A program made the position numbers and the translations under genes. DNA of 64,000 nucleotides, taken from NCBI GenBank assembly GCA_965656495.1, contig CBFHKU010000004.1, forward strand, positions 32,001-96,000. Direction: 5' to 3'. Position 1 is the stretch's first letter. The number at the start of each line of letters is the position of its first letter. Of the stretch, positions 28,253 to 41,738 are shown one piece after another. This DNA comes from Coraliomargaritaceae bacterium. Lineage in GTDB: Bacteria > Verrucomicrobiota > Verrucomicrobiia > Opitutales > Coraliomargaritaceae. The notes under the pieces were generated by a model. That model had not been told where the DNA came from, made no database searches, and worked only from the letters and a program-made list of their open reading frames with translations.

Positions 28253-29335
28253 TTGAACGCTTTCTCACAGTCAAAACGGGTCGTCATCAAACTGGGCACC
28301 GGCGTGCTCACCTCCGGGATTGGGCAACTCGACACGACGCGCATTGCGACCCTGTGCCGGCAAGTGGGGCAACTGCGGGAGCAGGGCATGGAAGTGGTGC
28401 TGGTGAGTTCCGGCTCGATTGGATTGGGCATGGGGAAACTCGGTCTGGAGACCCGTCCCAAGGATTTGGCGACCTTGCAGGCCTGCGCTTCGATCGGGCA
28501 AACCATTCTGATCAATACCTGGCAGCAGGGCTTTGACCCGCAGGGCCTGACGGTGGCGCAAATACTTTTGACGCGGGAGGACTTGCGGACCCGTCACCGC
28601 CACAATGCCATTTGCAACACCCTCGAGCAATTGCTGCAGCGCGGGATCGTTCCGGTGGTGAACGAAAACGACACCGTCAGCGCGAGCGAAATCCAATTTG
28701 GCGACAACGACACCCTCTCGGCGCTGGTGGCAAGCGTGATGCATGCCGACCGGCTCTGCATCCTTTCCAACATTCCCGGACTGATGGATCTGGAGCATGG
28801 CGGTGCGGTGATTCCGGAAGTGCCCACGATCACGCCTGAAATCGAGGCGATGGCGAAGGGCACCCAACAAACGACCTCGGTGGGTGGAATGGTCAGCAAA
28901 CTCTCCGCCGCCAAGATCGCACAACGCGCGGGCTGTGGTGTTATTATCACGAGTGGCGAGAACGACCGCCTGGTCGATCAACTCCTGGCGGGCGAAGCGG
29001 TGGGGACATTCTTTCCGCCCAGCGAAAAACCGGTTCAGGCTCACAAACGCTGGATTGCGATTCTGGATCAGGTAAATGGCACCCTCTGCATTGATGCCGG
29101 TGCCGCTGAGGCAGTCCAAAACGGGGGCAAAAGCCTGCTCGCAGTTGGCATTGTTGAATGCGAGGGCGAGTTTGAAGCCGGGGATCTGGTACATGTCGAG
29201 GATGCGGACGGCAAGGGAATCGCTCAGGGCCTCAGCCGAATCGGTCGCCCGAGTCTGCAAACGATGCTGGACGAGGGAAAGACCAGCGCCGAAGTGGTGA
29301 TTCACCGCGACGAGTTGGTCCTGCTGGGCCAATAA
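28253..29335 (+). CDS. proB: Glutamate 5-kinase with PUA domain
   Basis: VIKLGT, VSSG, NENDTV, FGDNDTLSA, GGMVSK, C-terminal SLLAVGI...HRDEL. Confidence 0.95.
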   Translation: MNAFSQSKRVVIKLGTGVLTSGIGQLDTTRIATLCRQVGQLREQGMEVVLVSSGSIGLGMGKLGLETRPKDLATLQACASIGQTILINTWQQGFDPQGLTVAQILLTREDLRTRHRHNAICNTLEQLLQRGIVPVVNENDTVSASEIQFGDNDTLSALVASVMHADRLCILSNIPGLMDLEHGGAVIPEVPTITPEIEAMAKGTQQTTSVGGMVSKLSAAKIAQRAGCGVIITSGENDRLVDQLLAGEAVGTFFPPSEKPVQAHKRWIAILDQVNGTLCIDAGAAEAVQNGGKSLLAVGIVECEGEFEAGDLVHVEDADGKGIAQGLSRIGRPSLQTMLDEGKTSAEVVIHRDELVLLGQ

Positions 29336-29411
29336 GAACGCTTCCAGCCGATATGAACGGCTGAGAATCAGCGGCTGCCTACTGCGTGGTTTCAATTGCA
29401 ACAAACTGGCA

Positions 29412-29848
29412 CATTCGTGCTTATTCGTTTCTATTCGTGGTTACCTTCAGTGTTCGGTGTTTAATGTTCGAGGTTCAATGTTCGAGATTCAGCGTTCGGC
29501 TATCGCGCTACTGCTTTTCAAGCCACGAAAAGCGACAGGATTGTCGCTTCCACGTTTAATCTTATTCGTTTCTATTCGTAGTTAACCTTCGGCGTTCGAC
29601 CTCCCCGACTGCTTTCCGACCGCACGAAAAGCGACAGGATTGTCGCTTCCACGTTTAATCTTATTCGTTTCTATTCGTGGTAAACCTTCAACGTTCGGTG
29701 TTCAATGTTCGAGGTTCAGCGTTCGGCTATCGCGCTACTGCTTTCCGATACCACGAAAAGCGACAGGATTGTCGCTTCCACGTTTAATCCCATTCGTGCT
29801 TATTCGTTTCTATTCGTGGTTAAGCTTCAGCGTTCGGCTATCGCGCTA
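29412..29848. repeat. Composite tandem array of ATTCG 10-mer arms, gttcRa heptamers and three REP-like palindromes
   Basis: Four ttattcgtttctattcgt arms; aagcgacaggattgtcgcttccac at 29530, 29629 and 29758; ttcagcgttcggctatcgcgcta three times, the last ending on the uvrB stop. Confidence 0.9.
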
Positions 29849-31906
29849 GCGTTTCCGTTTTTTTGGAAGACCGGCGGCGTTGTATATCCCGGAGCGTTTG
29901 CGGCCTTTTTTGGATTTCCCGGCAGGAGACGGCGCTTGATCGGCGCCACCTTGTAGTTGTTCGATCTGGTCGCGGATGATGGCGGCTTTTTCGAAGGCGA
30001 GGTTGCGGGCGGCCTCCAGCATTTCCTCCTCCAGTTCCGCAATCACGGCGGCGCGATCGCGTCCATCGCCCTCCTCCACCAAATCGTTGGCATCGGTTTC
30101 CTCGTCGTATTTTTTACCGGGGGCTTGCAGACTTTCGTCGAGCCCGCGCTCCACACTGCGGGGGATGATCTTGTGTTCGGTATTATAGGCCAACTGTTTC
30201 TCGCGGCGGTAGGCGGTGGTGTCGAGGGTTTGACGAATCGAATCGGTAATAACATCGGCGTAGAGCAGGACGCGGCCCTTGACATGCCGCGCGGCACGGC
30301 CCGCGGTCTGAATCAAACTGGTGGCACTGCGGAGGAAGCCCTCCTTGTCGGCATCGAGGATCGCCACAAGGGCCACTTCCGGGAGGTCGAGCCCCTCGCG
30401 GAGCAAATTCACCCCCACCAATACATCGAAATCGCCCTTGCGGAGCCGACGCAGAATTTCAACCCGTTCAATCGCATCGATATCACTGTGGAGGTATTCA
30501 ACCTTGAGGCCCGCTTCGCGCAGGTATTCCGAGAGGTCCTCGGACATGCGCTTGGTGAGGGTCGTGATGAGGGTTCGCTCGCCGGCGGCAGTGGCATCGC
30601 GCACCGCCCCCATCACATCCTCGACCTGACCCTTGATGGGGCGGATCTCGAGTTCCGGATCCAGGAGTCCGGTGGGACGAATGACCTGCTCCGCGACGGT
30701 TTTGGAGACTTCCATTTCATGCTTCGCGGGGGTCGCGGAAACATAGATCGTCTGCCCCGTGATGGATTCAAATTCCTCAAAGGTTTGGGGGCGGTTATCG
30801 AGGGCGGAGGGCAAGCGGAAGCCGTAATCGACGAGGCGTTCCTTGCGGGCGCGGTCGCCATTATACATGGCGCGCACCTGCGGGAGCGTGGCGTGGCTTT
30901 CATCGACAAAAAGGAGGAAATCATCCGGGAAGAAATCCACGAGGCAAAAGGGTCGCTCGCCGGGTTTGCGGTCGGCGAGGTAACGGGAATAATTCTCGAT
31001 GCCGGTGCAGAAGCCCATCTCCTGAAGCAATTCGATATCATACTCGGTTCGCATTTTGATGCGCTGCGCTTCGAGGAGGCGGTTTTCCGACTCGAACCAC
31101 GCGACCCGTTGGTCGAGTTCGGCACGGATCCCCTGAATCGCTTTTTTGATTTTATCCTTGGGGGTGACATACTGCGTGGCGGGGTATAGATGGAATTGCT
31201 CAAGGGCGGCACCGGTCTCCCCGGTGAGGGGATCCAGTTCGCGAATGGATTCGATCTCATCGCCCCAGAAGTCGATTCGGATGGCGGTCTCGAGATAGGC
31301 GGGGAAGACATCCACGACATCGCCCCGCGCCCGGAAGGTGCAGCGTTTGAAATCGATGTCGTTGCGGTTGTAGAGGATTTCAACGAGGCGTTCGAGGAGG
31401 TCGTCGCGGGAGATTTCCATTCCGGGGGTGAGCGGGAGCATCATGTCCTTAAAATCCTCGGGCGAACCGAGGCCATAGATGCAGGAGACCGATGCCACCA
31501 CGATAACGTCGCGACGGCTTATGAGGGAGGAGGAGGCCGCGATGCGCAGGCGTTCAATCTCCTCATTGATGGAGGAGTCCTTCTCGATATAGGTATCGGT
31601 TTGCGGGATGTATGCCTCGGGTTGGTAGTAGTCGTAATAACTGACGAAATACTCGACGGCGTTGTCGGGAAAGAAGGCTTTGAATTCAGAGTAGAGTTGG
31701 GCGGCGAGGGTTTTGTTATGGGAGATAATGAGGGCGGGTCGCTGGAGTTCCTGAATGACGTTTGCCATCGTAAAGGTTTTGCCGGATCCGGTCACCCCCA
31801 GGAGGGTTTGGCGCGCCTGCCCTGCCCTTGCGCCCTGCACAAGGGTTTGGATCGCCTCGGGTTGATCCCCCTGCGGTGAGTATGCACTTTGTAATTTAAA
31901 CTCCAC
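29846..31906 (-). CDS. uvrB: Excinuclease ABC subunit B
   Basis: [47 protein letters not shown]-terminal UVR; GTG start 31906. Confidence 0.98.
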   Translation of the reverse strand: MEFKLQSAYSPQGDQPEAIQTLVQGARAGQARQTLLGVTGSGKTFTMANVIQELQRPALIISHNKTLAAQLYSEFKAFFPDNAVEYFVSYYDYYQPEAYIPQTDTYIEKDSSINEEIERLRIAASSSLISRRDVIVVASVSCIYGLGSPEDFKDMMLPLTPGMEISRDDLLERLVEILYNRNDIDFKRCTFRARGDVVDVFPAYLETAIRIDFWGDEIESIRELDPLTGETGAALEQFHLYPATQYVTPKDKIKKAIQGIRAELDQRVAWFESENRLLEAQRIKMRTEYDIELLQEMGFCTGIENYSRYLADRKPGERPFCLVDFFPDDFLLFVDESHATLPQVRAMYNGDRARKERLVDYGFRLPSALDNRPQTFEEFESITGQTIYVSATPAKHEMEVSKTVAEQVIRPTGLLDPELEIRPIKGQVEDVMGAVRDATAAGERTLITTLTKRMSEDLSEYLREAGLKVEYLHSDIDAIERVEILRRLRKGDFDVLVGVNLLREGLDLPEVALVAILDADKEGFLRSATSLIQTAGRAARHVKGRVLLYADVITDSIRQTLDTTAYRREKQLAYNTEHKIIPRSVERGLDESLQAPGKKYDEETDANDLVEEGDGRDRAAVIAELEEEMLEAARNLAFEKAAIIRDQIEQLQGGADQAPSPAGKSKKGRKRSGIYNAAGLPKKRKR

Positions 31907-32003
31907 CCAACTGAGGGTGTCGAGCAAACGGGGTTCTGCAAGCGGAAGCCGTGAAAATAACGGCGGGGTTGGACAATTCAAGGCGATGCCCTATCTTTGC
32001 GGG

Positions 32004-32369
32004 ATGGGAGGGACCTTTTTTTATGATGGCGAATGCGGCTTGTGCGCCGGTGCAGTCGATTTTTTGCGGCGCCGCGACAAGCAGGGACGCCTGAAATTTT
32101 GCGCCCTGCAAAGCCCCGAGGCCGCCGCGCGCTTACCGGTCGATTTGACAACGGATTTGAAGACCGCGGTTTATCTGAGCGAAGCCGACCCCCCGGAATT
32201 GCTGGTGCGTTCGGATGCGGTGCTGCGCGCCTTGAGCGAGGTCGGCGTATTCTGGCGCTGCTTGGCGCGTGTCATTCGGCTTATACCGCAGGCGTTGCGC
32301 GACGCGGTTTATGAGCGCGTCGCCGCCAACCGCCACCATTGCCAGTGGAACAAATCGGACGCGGCCTGA
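32004..32369 (+). CDS. DCC1-like thiol-disulfide oxidoreductase (DUF393)
   Basis: FYDGECGLC, F.ALQS, RSDA, LRDAVYERVAANR. Confidence 0.88.
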   Translation: MGGTFFYDGECGLCAGAVDFLRRRDKQGRLKFCALQSPEAAARLPVDLTTDLKTAVYLSEADPPELLVRSDAVLRALSEVGVFWRCLARVIRLIPQALRDAVYERVAANRHHCQWNKSDAA

Positions 32370-32388
32370 GCAATGGCGCGTTCTGCGC

Positions 32389-33969
32389 TTAATGAGGCAG
32401 CACCATGAACATCACCGCCATCACGAGGGTCGGAAAGAGCGCTCCCAGCAAAAGCTTCAAGGGTGAGACCCCTCCGGAGAAATATTTGCTGAGGATGCTT
32501 TGACCGGCGGGATTCGGCGCATTCGCGATCACCGTTAAACCGCCCCCGCTTACTGCTCCCGCGACGACCGCATATTGCAGCGCGGTTGCGCCATCCACTC
32601 CATTTGCGAAAGCGGGTACCTGCGCCGCGAGGAAGGTAATGGCGGCATTGTCATTAAAGGCCGTCAATACGGTGGCACCGATAAAGAGTGGAATTTCCCC
32701 AAGGGAGGATAGGACCGGCGCGATCCACCAACCCTGCATCCCGCCATGCGTAACGAGTCCCGCGAGGAAGAAGCCCACTAAGATGGGGCCTTTGAGACTA
32801 ATGGCGTATTGGTGATGTACCGTCGCGATATTGAAGGCGACAAAGATGAGGAAGCCGCCGATGAAAAGCGCGGGGTGATGGAGCGTGAAAACCGTCCAAG
32901 CCAAAAATGCGAGGTGGATGCCCACGATCCACGCAGGCACCGGCTCCACCGGTTCCTGAGTTCGGTTGGCTTTCTCGGCCTCCGCTTTCTCCTTCAAATG
33001 CACGAAGTTTTTGCGGAAGATCAGGAAATAGATCGCGGTTACCACCAGAATACCCAGAACCGCGCGCCAGCCGAAGTGCGTAAACATGAAGGGCATATTC
33101 CAGTCCCATTTCCCCGCGACCATGAGCACCGGCGGAGCGGCGAAGTGCGTGAGGGTTCCACCGACCGAGATATTAACAAAGAGCAAGCCGAGGGTGGCGT
33201 ATTTAAAGGTATTGGAGGGGTTGTAATGATAAAATTGTTGGCCCAGCAAGAGCGCGGCAATCGTCATTGCGGCGGGTTCCGTGATAAAGGAACCCAAGAG
33301 CGGCGCGATGATGAGAATGGAGAGCCACCATGCGGCGGGGGATTGTTTCCCGATTGATGCCACCGAGCGGAGGGCGCCCTCCGCAAACACCACCACCGGG
33401 CGTGATGCGGCGATCGCCATAATCACCACCACGAAGAGCGGTTCTGTGAAATTGCGGGTGTCGATATAGGCAGCGGCATCATGCCAACCATAAGTCAGCG
33501 TCATCGCCAATAGCAATGGGATCACCCAGATTCCAAAAATAGCCTCCACTTCACCCAGGAAATGCAGGGCGGTGGCTTTGAAACTAACCGGGGCTTTACC
33601 GCCGTGATAGCGACGAGGGTCTGCCTCGATCATTTGTTGGTGGCGATGTTCTACCTTGTGGGCGAGATTCATGAGCGGGCCCGCCGCGAAGGTGTGGATG
33701 ATCGCGAGGAAGAAAATAAGGGTCGCGATCCAATTCATGGGGTCATCAACGGCGCGCGCACTCAAGCGCTGCATGAGGCTCAGTTCGTCCGTGGCGATCC
33801 CGATTTCAGCGGCATAGCCAGCTTCGACCTCTGAATATTGGTCGAGCGGTTTGGGCAGTGCCGACTCGACGGCACCGGCGGGTTTACCACCCGCGCAGAG
33901 AACCGACGAGGCGAGCAAAGATAATATGAGAAACAATACTAGAGGGCGTAAGTGCTGCATAGGGCGCAT
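32389..33969 (-). CDS. Putative Na+/H+ antiporter (DUF1504-like, IT superfamily)
   Basis: HFLGEVEAIFG, GSFITEPAAMT, NISVGGTLTHFAAPP, TAFNDNAA, GGGLTVIANAPNPAG. Confidence 0.8.
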   Translation of the reverse strand: MRPMQHLRPLVLFLILSLLASSVLCAGGKPAGAVESALPKPLDQYSEVEAGYAAEIGIATDELSLMQRLSARAVDDPMNWIATLIFFLAIIHTFAAGPLMNLAHKVEHRHQQMIEADPRRYHGGKAPVSFKATALHFLGEVEAIFGIWVIPLLLAMTLTYGWHDAAAYIDTRNFTEPLFVVVIMAIAASRPVVVFAEGALRSVASIGKQSPAAWWLSILIIAPLLGSFITEPAAMTIAALLLGQQFYHYNPSNTFKYATLGLLFVNISVGGTLTHFAAPPVLMVAGKWDWNMPFMFTHFGWRAVLGILVVTAIYFLIFRKNFVHLKEKAEAEKANRTQEPVEPVPAWIVGIHLAFLAWTVFTLHHPALFIGGFLIFVAFNIATVHHQYAISLKGPILVGFFLAGLVTHGGMQGWWIAPVLSSLGEIPLFIGATVLTAFNDNAAITFLAAQVPAFANGVDGATALQYAVVAGAVSGGGLTVIANAPNPAGQSILSKYFSGGVSPLKLLLGALFPTLVMAVMFMVLPH

Positions 33970-34022
33970 TTATTACGAGCTTTCTCGCCGCTTCAAAGAA
34001 AAAAACGACGCCCAAGGGCAGT

Positions 34023-34565
34023 TTAACGCTCCCCGCTGCCCGCCTGCTTGACCGGCACCGCCGCATCACTGCGATTGCGGCGAAATTGAAAACGGTTTAA
34101 ATCACGCAAACTCAATTGTTTACCCATCTCCTCCTCGAAGGCTTTTCCCTGAAGCATCATGGCATAAACCTGGTGGTCCCGCAAAAGCAGCGGTGTATCT
34201 TTTTTTCCGATGCGCGCCTCGCCTTCAATGTCGGCCATCTGCTGATCCATGCGGGACATTTCACGGCTGCGGATCGGGAATGTTTTGCGTTCGGTCTGAA
34301 CGGTGCGGCGCTCCCCCGACTTCATCTCAATCGGGGCACGCTTGCTGCCCACCGAACTGAAATGCTTGGACCATTGATCCATTGAGATGCGTTTATCCGT
34401 CAGGGGAAGTGCTGCTCCGGAACTCCACTGCTTCACCGGGGCGCGTTTTTCCTGAATCGCTCCCGCCTGGCGGCCCACCGTCTCAAGCGGGCTCTTGACG
34501 GTTTCCTCCGCCTGCAGGACTACCATCCCCCAAACGCACAGACCGGCGACCCAAGTTGTTTTCAT
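34023..34565 (-). CDS. Hypothetical secreted protein
   Basis: C-terminal 180 codons of the long ORF; signal-like [33 protein letters not shown] tail. Confidence 0.6.
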   Translation of the reverse strand: MKTTWVAGLCVWGMVVLQAEETVKSPLETVGRQAGAIQEKRAPVKQWSSGAALPLTDKRISMDQWSKHFSSVGSKRAPIEMKSGERRTVQTERKTFPIRSREMSRMDQQMADIEGEARIGKKDTPLLLRDHQVYAMMLQGKAFEEEMGKQLSLRDLNRFQFRRNRSDAAVPVKQAGSGER

Positions 34566-34694
34566 AAAGCGCATCGTTTTATGAATAAACCCATGATCGG
34601 AGCGGGTTTCAAACGAAAAGCGCTCCGGGCAAGCGGTAATTTTGAGGCGTTGACGCCTTGGCAGGGATCGCTCTTTATTGCGGATTCTCTGATT

Positions 34695-37268
<2,574 letters not shown>

Positions 37269-37288
37269 TATTCCATCCCTCAATCATC

Positions 37289-38089
37289 ATGCCGCGCTTC
37301 ACGCTATACCTCCTTCTCGCATTGACCGCCACAAGCGTACTTAGCGCGCTGGAGATGCAACCCGGATTCGGCTTCGTCACCAGCATGCGTGGTTCCGTGG
37401 AAGTCCGCAACGAGGAGGGCAAAAAACTGACCTTGGGATTACACGAAAGTCACTCGGTCGATGGATTGACTCTTAAGACCAAAAAAGACAGCACCCTCTT
37501 TCTCGTCCTCAGCAATGGCGTCGCAATCGCCCTTAGCGAAAACACCCATATCGATATCCAAAACTTCCGACAAATCCCCTTTGGTCCGGAAAGTCATAGC
37601 TTCGAACATGAACCCACGATTTCAAATCTGCAAATCCACTTGATTGAAGGCACGATGGGCCTGAGTTGCGACCACATCTCGCCCTTGTCCAACTTGAAAA
37701 TAGCAATGAATAGTGGTCACCTGCGCGTCCATTCCACGACCTCGGTGCTATCCATCAACCCCCTCGGCATGAACATTTCCGCCTATGAGGGAACCCTGAC
37801 CTTTTATTATCCGGACGGGGAAGAGCGCGAATTTATCGCCCATCCGCAAAGCGTCCGCATCAGTGAACAAAGCGCGGCGCGCGGCATCGTCACCGAAAGC
37901 GGCACCGTCGATAAAAAGGAAGTGCTCGCCCGCCGCCTCGCCGATGCCGTCAGTTTTGCGCGCAAACGCGTCATCTACCGCAGCGTCAATGGGCAGGCCG
38001 AGCCCCAAGCGCTCTTGCTGGTCTCGGATGACTACCACGAACAAGAGCCCGCGCGGCCTTTCTCATTCAAATCTTCCCAACTACCCTGA
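37289..38089 (+). CDS. FecR-like domain secreted protein
   Basis: Signal peptide; T.KDS...L.LSNG....L.ENT and L.EG patterns of FecR domains. Confidence 0.55.
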   Translation: MPRFTLYLLLALTATSVLSALEMQPGFGFVTSMRGSVEVRNEEGKKLTLGLHESHSVDGLTLKTKKDSTLFLVLSNGVAIALSENTHIDIQNFRQIPFGPESHSFEHEPTISNLQIHLIEGTMGLSCDHISPLSNLKIAMNSGHLRVHSTTSVLSINPLGMNISAYEGTLTFYYPDGEEREFIAHPQSVRISEQSAARGIVTESGTVDKKEVLARRLADAVSFARKRVIYRSVNGQAEPQALLLVSDDYHEQEPARPFSFKSSQLP

Positions 38090-38094
38090 GCCGT

Positions 38095-38931
38095 ATGTCT
38101 TCCCAATTCCTGCCACCTGACTTCGATGGTCAACCCCTTGGATTGATTGCGGGCAAGGGCGACTACCCCATCATCGTAGCGGAGCGTTTTCGGTCGATGG
38201 GCCTCCCGATTCGTCTCATCGCATTTGAGGGCGAAACCGAATCCAGCCTCATCGATTCCTTTGATGCCCATGAACGCGCCACCGTTAAAGTCGGTCAGCT
38301 CGGCAAACTGCTCAAAGCCCTCGGCAAACTCGAATGCCGCTACGCCATGATGGCGGGACAAGTGACCCCCAGACGGCTCTTTCACGGTCTGCATCCCGAC
38401 CTCAAGGCCCTTGCGATTTTAAACAGCCTCAAGGTGCGCAATGCCGAAACCATCTTCGGCGCGATCGCTGCAGAAATTCAAAAAATCGGCATTGAGATGC
38501 TCGACGCCCGCGCGGGTCTCGATGACCAACTCGCCAGCCCCGGACTCATGACGCCCGGTAAATTGAAGGCACCCCTTGAATACCTCGAACACGGCATTCG
38601 CATTGCCGAGGGCGCAGCCGACCTCGACATCGGTCAAGGCTGCGTGGTGCGCAAAGGCACCGTGCTCGCGGTCGAGGCCTATGAGGGCACCGACCCCATG
38701 CTGCAACGCGCCGGTGCTTTTAAAACTGAAGGCCTGATCTTCGTAAAAACCGTCAAACGCGAACAGGACTATCGTTTCGACGTGCCGGTCTTTGGATCCC
38801 GTACCCTCGAAGTCATGCACGCCAGCGGCATCCTTACCGCCGCCCTTAAAGCCGGGAGCGTTATCCTCCTCAACAAGGAACAACTCTGCGCCGATGCTGC
38901 CCGACTCGGAATTGAACTCTACGGTTTTTAA
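38095..38931 (+). CDS. lpxI: UDP-2,3-diacylglucosamine diphosphatase LpxI
   Basis: LGLIAGKGDYP, DIGQGCVV, AVEAYEGTD, QDYRFDVPVFG. Confidence 0.9.
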   Translation: MSSQFLPPDFDGQPLGLIAGKGDYPIIVAERFRSMGLPIRLIAFEGETESSLIDSFDAHERATVKVGQLGKLLKALGKLECRYAMMAGQVTPRRLFHGLHPDLKALAILNSLKVRNAETIFGAIAAEIQKIGIEMLDARAGLDDQLASPGLMTPGKLKAPLEYLEHGIRIAEGAADLDIGQGCVVRKGTVLAVEAYEGTDPMLQRAGAFKTEGLIFVKTVKREQDYRFDVPVFGSRTLEVMHASGILTAALKAGSVILLNKEQLCADAARLGIELYGF

Positions 38932-38995
38932 AAACCCGCACAAAGTGGACTTTTAGCTTTACGCATCAAGATATCATTATATGTTGATACGTAAT

Positions 38996-39883
38996 ATGGC
39001 CCATACGCATCCAATCGACTCCCGCGCCTCCACGCCGCGCATTTCGGTGGAGTTTTTTCCGCCCAAATCGGAAAAAGCGGCGGAACAACTCCTGCAAGCC
39101 GCCTCGGAACTGCGCTCCATCCAGCCTGATTTTGCTTCGATCACTTACGGGGCGGGCGGCAGCACCCGCAGTCGTACCCTTGAATACGCCCGCCGCCTCA
39201 AGGACGATCTGGGGTATACCATCATGCCCCACCTCACCTGCGTCGGTCACTCCCGCGGTGAATTGAAGCAGATCATCGCCGAATTCAAAGACGCCGGACT
39301 CAGTCAAATCATGGCGCTCCGTGGCGACCCGCCTCAGGATGCCGAAGACTTCACCCCCCACCCCGACGGACTCGCCTACGCCAACGAACTCGTCAGCCTC
39401 ATCAGCGAACACTACCCGGACTGTGAGGTCGCGGTTGCCGGTTACCCGGAAAAACATCCCCAGGCACCCGATTTGGAGACCGATCTGCAAAACCTCAAAC
39501 GCAAGGTCGACGCCGGCGCGGACTTCATCACAACCCAGCTTTTCTTCGATAATCAGGTCTATTACAACTTCGTGGATCGCTGCCGCGCCATCGGCATCGA
39601 AGTTCCGATTCTCCCCGGTCTCCTGACCATCACCTCCCGCCAACAAGCCCAGCGCTTTTGCGCGATGTGCGAGGCGGTCCTCCCCGAGGCACTGGATCAA
39701 GCCCTCGCCGCCGCCGGAGACGACCCCGACGCGGTGGAAGCGGCCGGACTCGATTGGATCCACCAGCAAGCCCGGGAATTGCTGCAGCACGGCGCCCCCG
39801 GTCTCCACCTTTACCTGCTCAACCGCGCCGGCATCGCCCTGCAATTGATCGAACGCCTCAAAGCCGACGGATTGCTAACATAG
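38996..39883 (+). CDS. metF: Methylenetetrahydrofolate reductase
   Basis: SVEFFPPK, TYGAGGS, HLTC, ALRGDPP, AGYPEKHP, TQLFFDN, HLYLLN. Confidence 0.96.
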   Translation: MAHTHPIDSRASTPRISVEFFPPKSEKAAEQLLQAASELRSIQPDFASITYGAGGSTRSRTLEYARRLKDDLGYTIMPHLTCVGHSRGELKQIIAEFKDAGLSQIMALRGDPPQDAEDFTPHPDGLAYANELVSLISEHYPDCEVAVAGYPEKHPQAPDLETDLQNLKRKVDAGADFITTQLFFDNQVYYNFVDRCRAIGIEVPILPGLLTITSRQQAQRFCAMCEAVLPEALDQALAAAGDDPDAVEAAGLDWIHQQARELLQHGAPGLHLYLLNRAGIALQLIERLKADGLLT

Positions 39884-39913
39884 CAAGATTCAACCCAGAC
39901 TTGCCGCCGACTT

Positions 39914-40191
<278 letters not shown>

Positions 40192-40244
40192 TTTTTAAGT
40201 ACGTTTTTAATAGCCTTTATGGGGCTTCGGCCTAAACTAATACT

Positions 40245-40598
40245 ATGATTATCAAGGTAGATGCCGTCATACCGGAAGTAGCTGAAAACGTGCGCGAGGG
40301 GGTCGGCACGGTAACGGCCCACAAACTCCTCGATTTATTCCCCGGGAGCGCCATCAAGAGCGTCGGTCTGGTGCGCCTCGAACCGGGCGCGAGTGTGGGG
40401 TCGCATTCCCACCACGGCGAGGAGGATTTCTATTACTGCCTCTCCGGCGAGGGCGTGGTGGTCGATAATGGCGCGGAACATGCCTTCACTCCCGGCACCC
40501 TCCAGATTACCCGCGACGGGGAAACCCAGGCGATCCGCAACACCGGCGAGACCGAACTCGTCTTTCTCGGTGCGCTGGTGGCAACGATTCAGGGCTAG
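40245..40598 (+). CDS. Cupin domain protein
   Basis: LEPGASVGSHSH..EEDFYYCLSGEG, IRNTG.TEL. Confidence 0.85.
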   Translation: MIIKVDAVIPEVAENVREGVGTVTAHKLLDLFPGSAIKSVGLVRLEPGASVGSHSHHGEEDFYYCLSGEGVVVDNGAEHAFTPGTLQITRDGETQAIRNTGETELVFLGALVATIQG

Positions 40599-40760
40599 CC
40601 CGAATATCGTACACGCTTCAGAACTGTCTCCAGCGAGGCGCGAGCGGTGTTCGCCAAAAGAGTGCGCCCTCAGGTGGGTGACTGAAAAGCTTACGCACCC
40701 GGAACAGGGCCAGAGCCACTGGTGCACTCGATCTAGTTCGGTGTCTCAAAAGGGACACTA

Positions 40761-40939
40761 CCGCTTTTTCTCTCCTGCCACGCAAAGCGACAAGAATGTC
40801 GCTTCCACTAAAGCATCATATGTGGAAGCAGCATACGTGGAAGCGGCAATCCTGCCGCTTTTTCTCTCCTGCCACGCAAAGCGACAAGAGTGTCGCTTCC
40901 ACTAAAGCGCCATACGTGGAAGCGGCAATCCTGCCGCTT
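40761..40939. repeat. Cluster of four REP-like palindromes in alternating orientation (BIME/REPIN-like)
   Basis: GTGG+AAGCG(A/G)CA-N4-TG(T/C)CGCTT at 40785-40808(-), 40837-40860(+), 40879-40902(-), 40916-40939(+); ~94-bp repeat unit. Confidence 0.85.
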
Positions 40940-41027
40940 TTCCACGAAAACCCGGAAACAATTCGCATGTGATGACTTACCAATCGACCCCAACAAACAA
41001 GTGCAACATTAGGGTTTGCGAGGCTTG

Positions 41028-41393
41028 CTAGAGGCGATAGGGTTCGCGAATGTCGGGCCACTCCGCCTTGAAATCTTTGACATTGCGCGTGAGCAGGGCG
41101 CAACCCAATTGCCGCGCAGAGGCATAGACGATGGCATCGGGTAGCTTGAGTTTTTTCTCGCGGCGCAGGTGAACGGCGCGCTCGGAAACCGCCGTATTCA
41201 ACTCCATCGTTTTAAAAGCCGCGAGGAATCTACGCACAATGACCGCTTCTTCGGGCGACTCAACTCCTGCCAGCACCTCCATGAAAGTTATCACGCTGAT
41301 CCATTTTTCCTCGTAACGCTCCACCTCCGCAGCGGCCTGCGGAATGCCCTTCAGATAGTCGATGAGGATGTTCGTGTCGAAGACCGCCCTCAT
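41028..41393 (-). CDS. vapC: VapC-family PIN-domain toxin
   Basis: VFDTNILID, SVITFMEV, LKLPDAIVYASA, LLTRN.KDF. Confidence 0.9.
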   Translation of the reverse strand: MRAVFDTNILIDYLKGIPQAAAEVERYEEKWISVITFMEVLAGVESPEEAVIVRRFLAAFKTMELNTAVSERAVHLRREKKLKLPDAIVYASARQLGCALLTRNVKDFKAEWPDIREPYRL

Positions 41394-41614
41394 TCCTGTT
41401 TCCATTCATTCCTCAAGCGTGCCTGATAATTTAAAGCATCAGTTTTTTTGTCTTTCCAAATTCCGTATGCGGCCTGCGAGTCCTGCACCGCCAGTGCCCC
41501 GGTGTAAGCTTCCAATGCTTCACGAATGAGCGCCGCACGCGAACAACCGCGCTCCTCACGTTCTGAATCCAAAACTGCGAGCACCGACTCCGGTATATCG
41601 ACTATCGTTCGCAT
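41390..41614 (-). CDS. CopG/RHH antitoxin (VapB-like)
   Basis: MRTIVDIP...LD......SRAALIREAL; ATGA overlap with vapC. Confidence 0.85.
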   Translation of the reverse strand: MRTIVDIPESVLAVLDSEREERGCSRAALIREALEAYTGALAVQDSQAAYGIWKDKKTDALNYQARLRNEWKQE

Positions 41615-41617
41615 CGT

Positions 41618-41637
41618 GTTATCATGCCACGTTATCA
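41618..41637 (-). promoter_or_regulatory. Possible antitoxin autoregulatory site (TGATAAC direct repeat)
   Basis: gttatca at 41618 and 41631, immediately upstream of the antitoxin ATG. Confidence 0.35.
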
Positions 41638-41738
41638 CTTTTCGTCAAGCTTGCATCCGGCAAATCCCGACAAAGCGACTCCCGAAAAGGCTTGAAGCAA
41701 ACGGTGGGAAATCCAGTCTCCTTAATTTCCCATCTTAT

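Noticed and set aside
29412..29848. Possible CRISPR array (24-bp palindromic repeats; also 40761-40939)
   Set aside because: The intervening sequences are themselves repeated and vary in length, orientation alternates at 40.8 kb, and there are no cas genes. A REP-like interpretation fits better.
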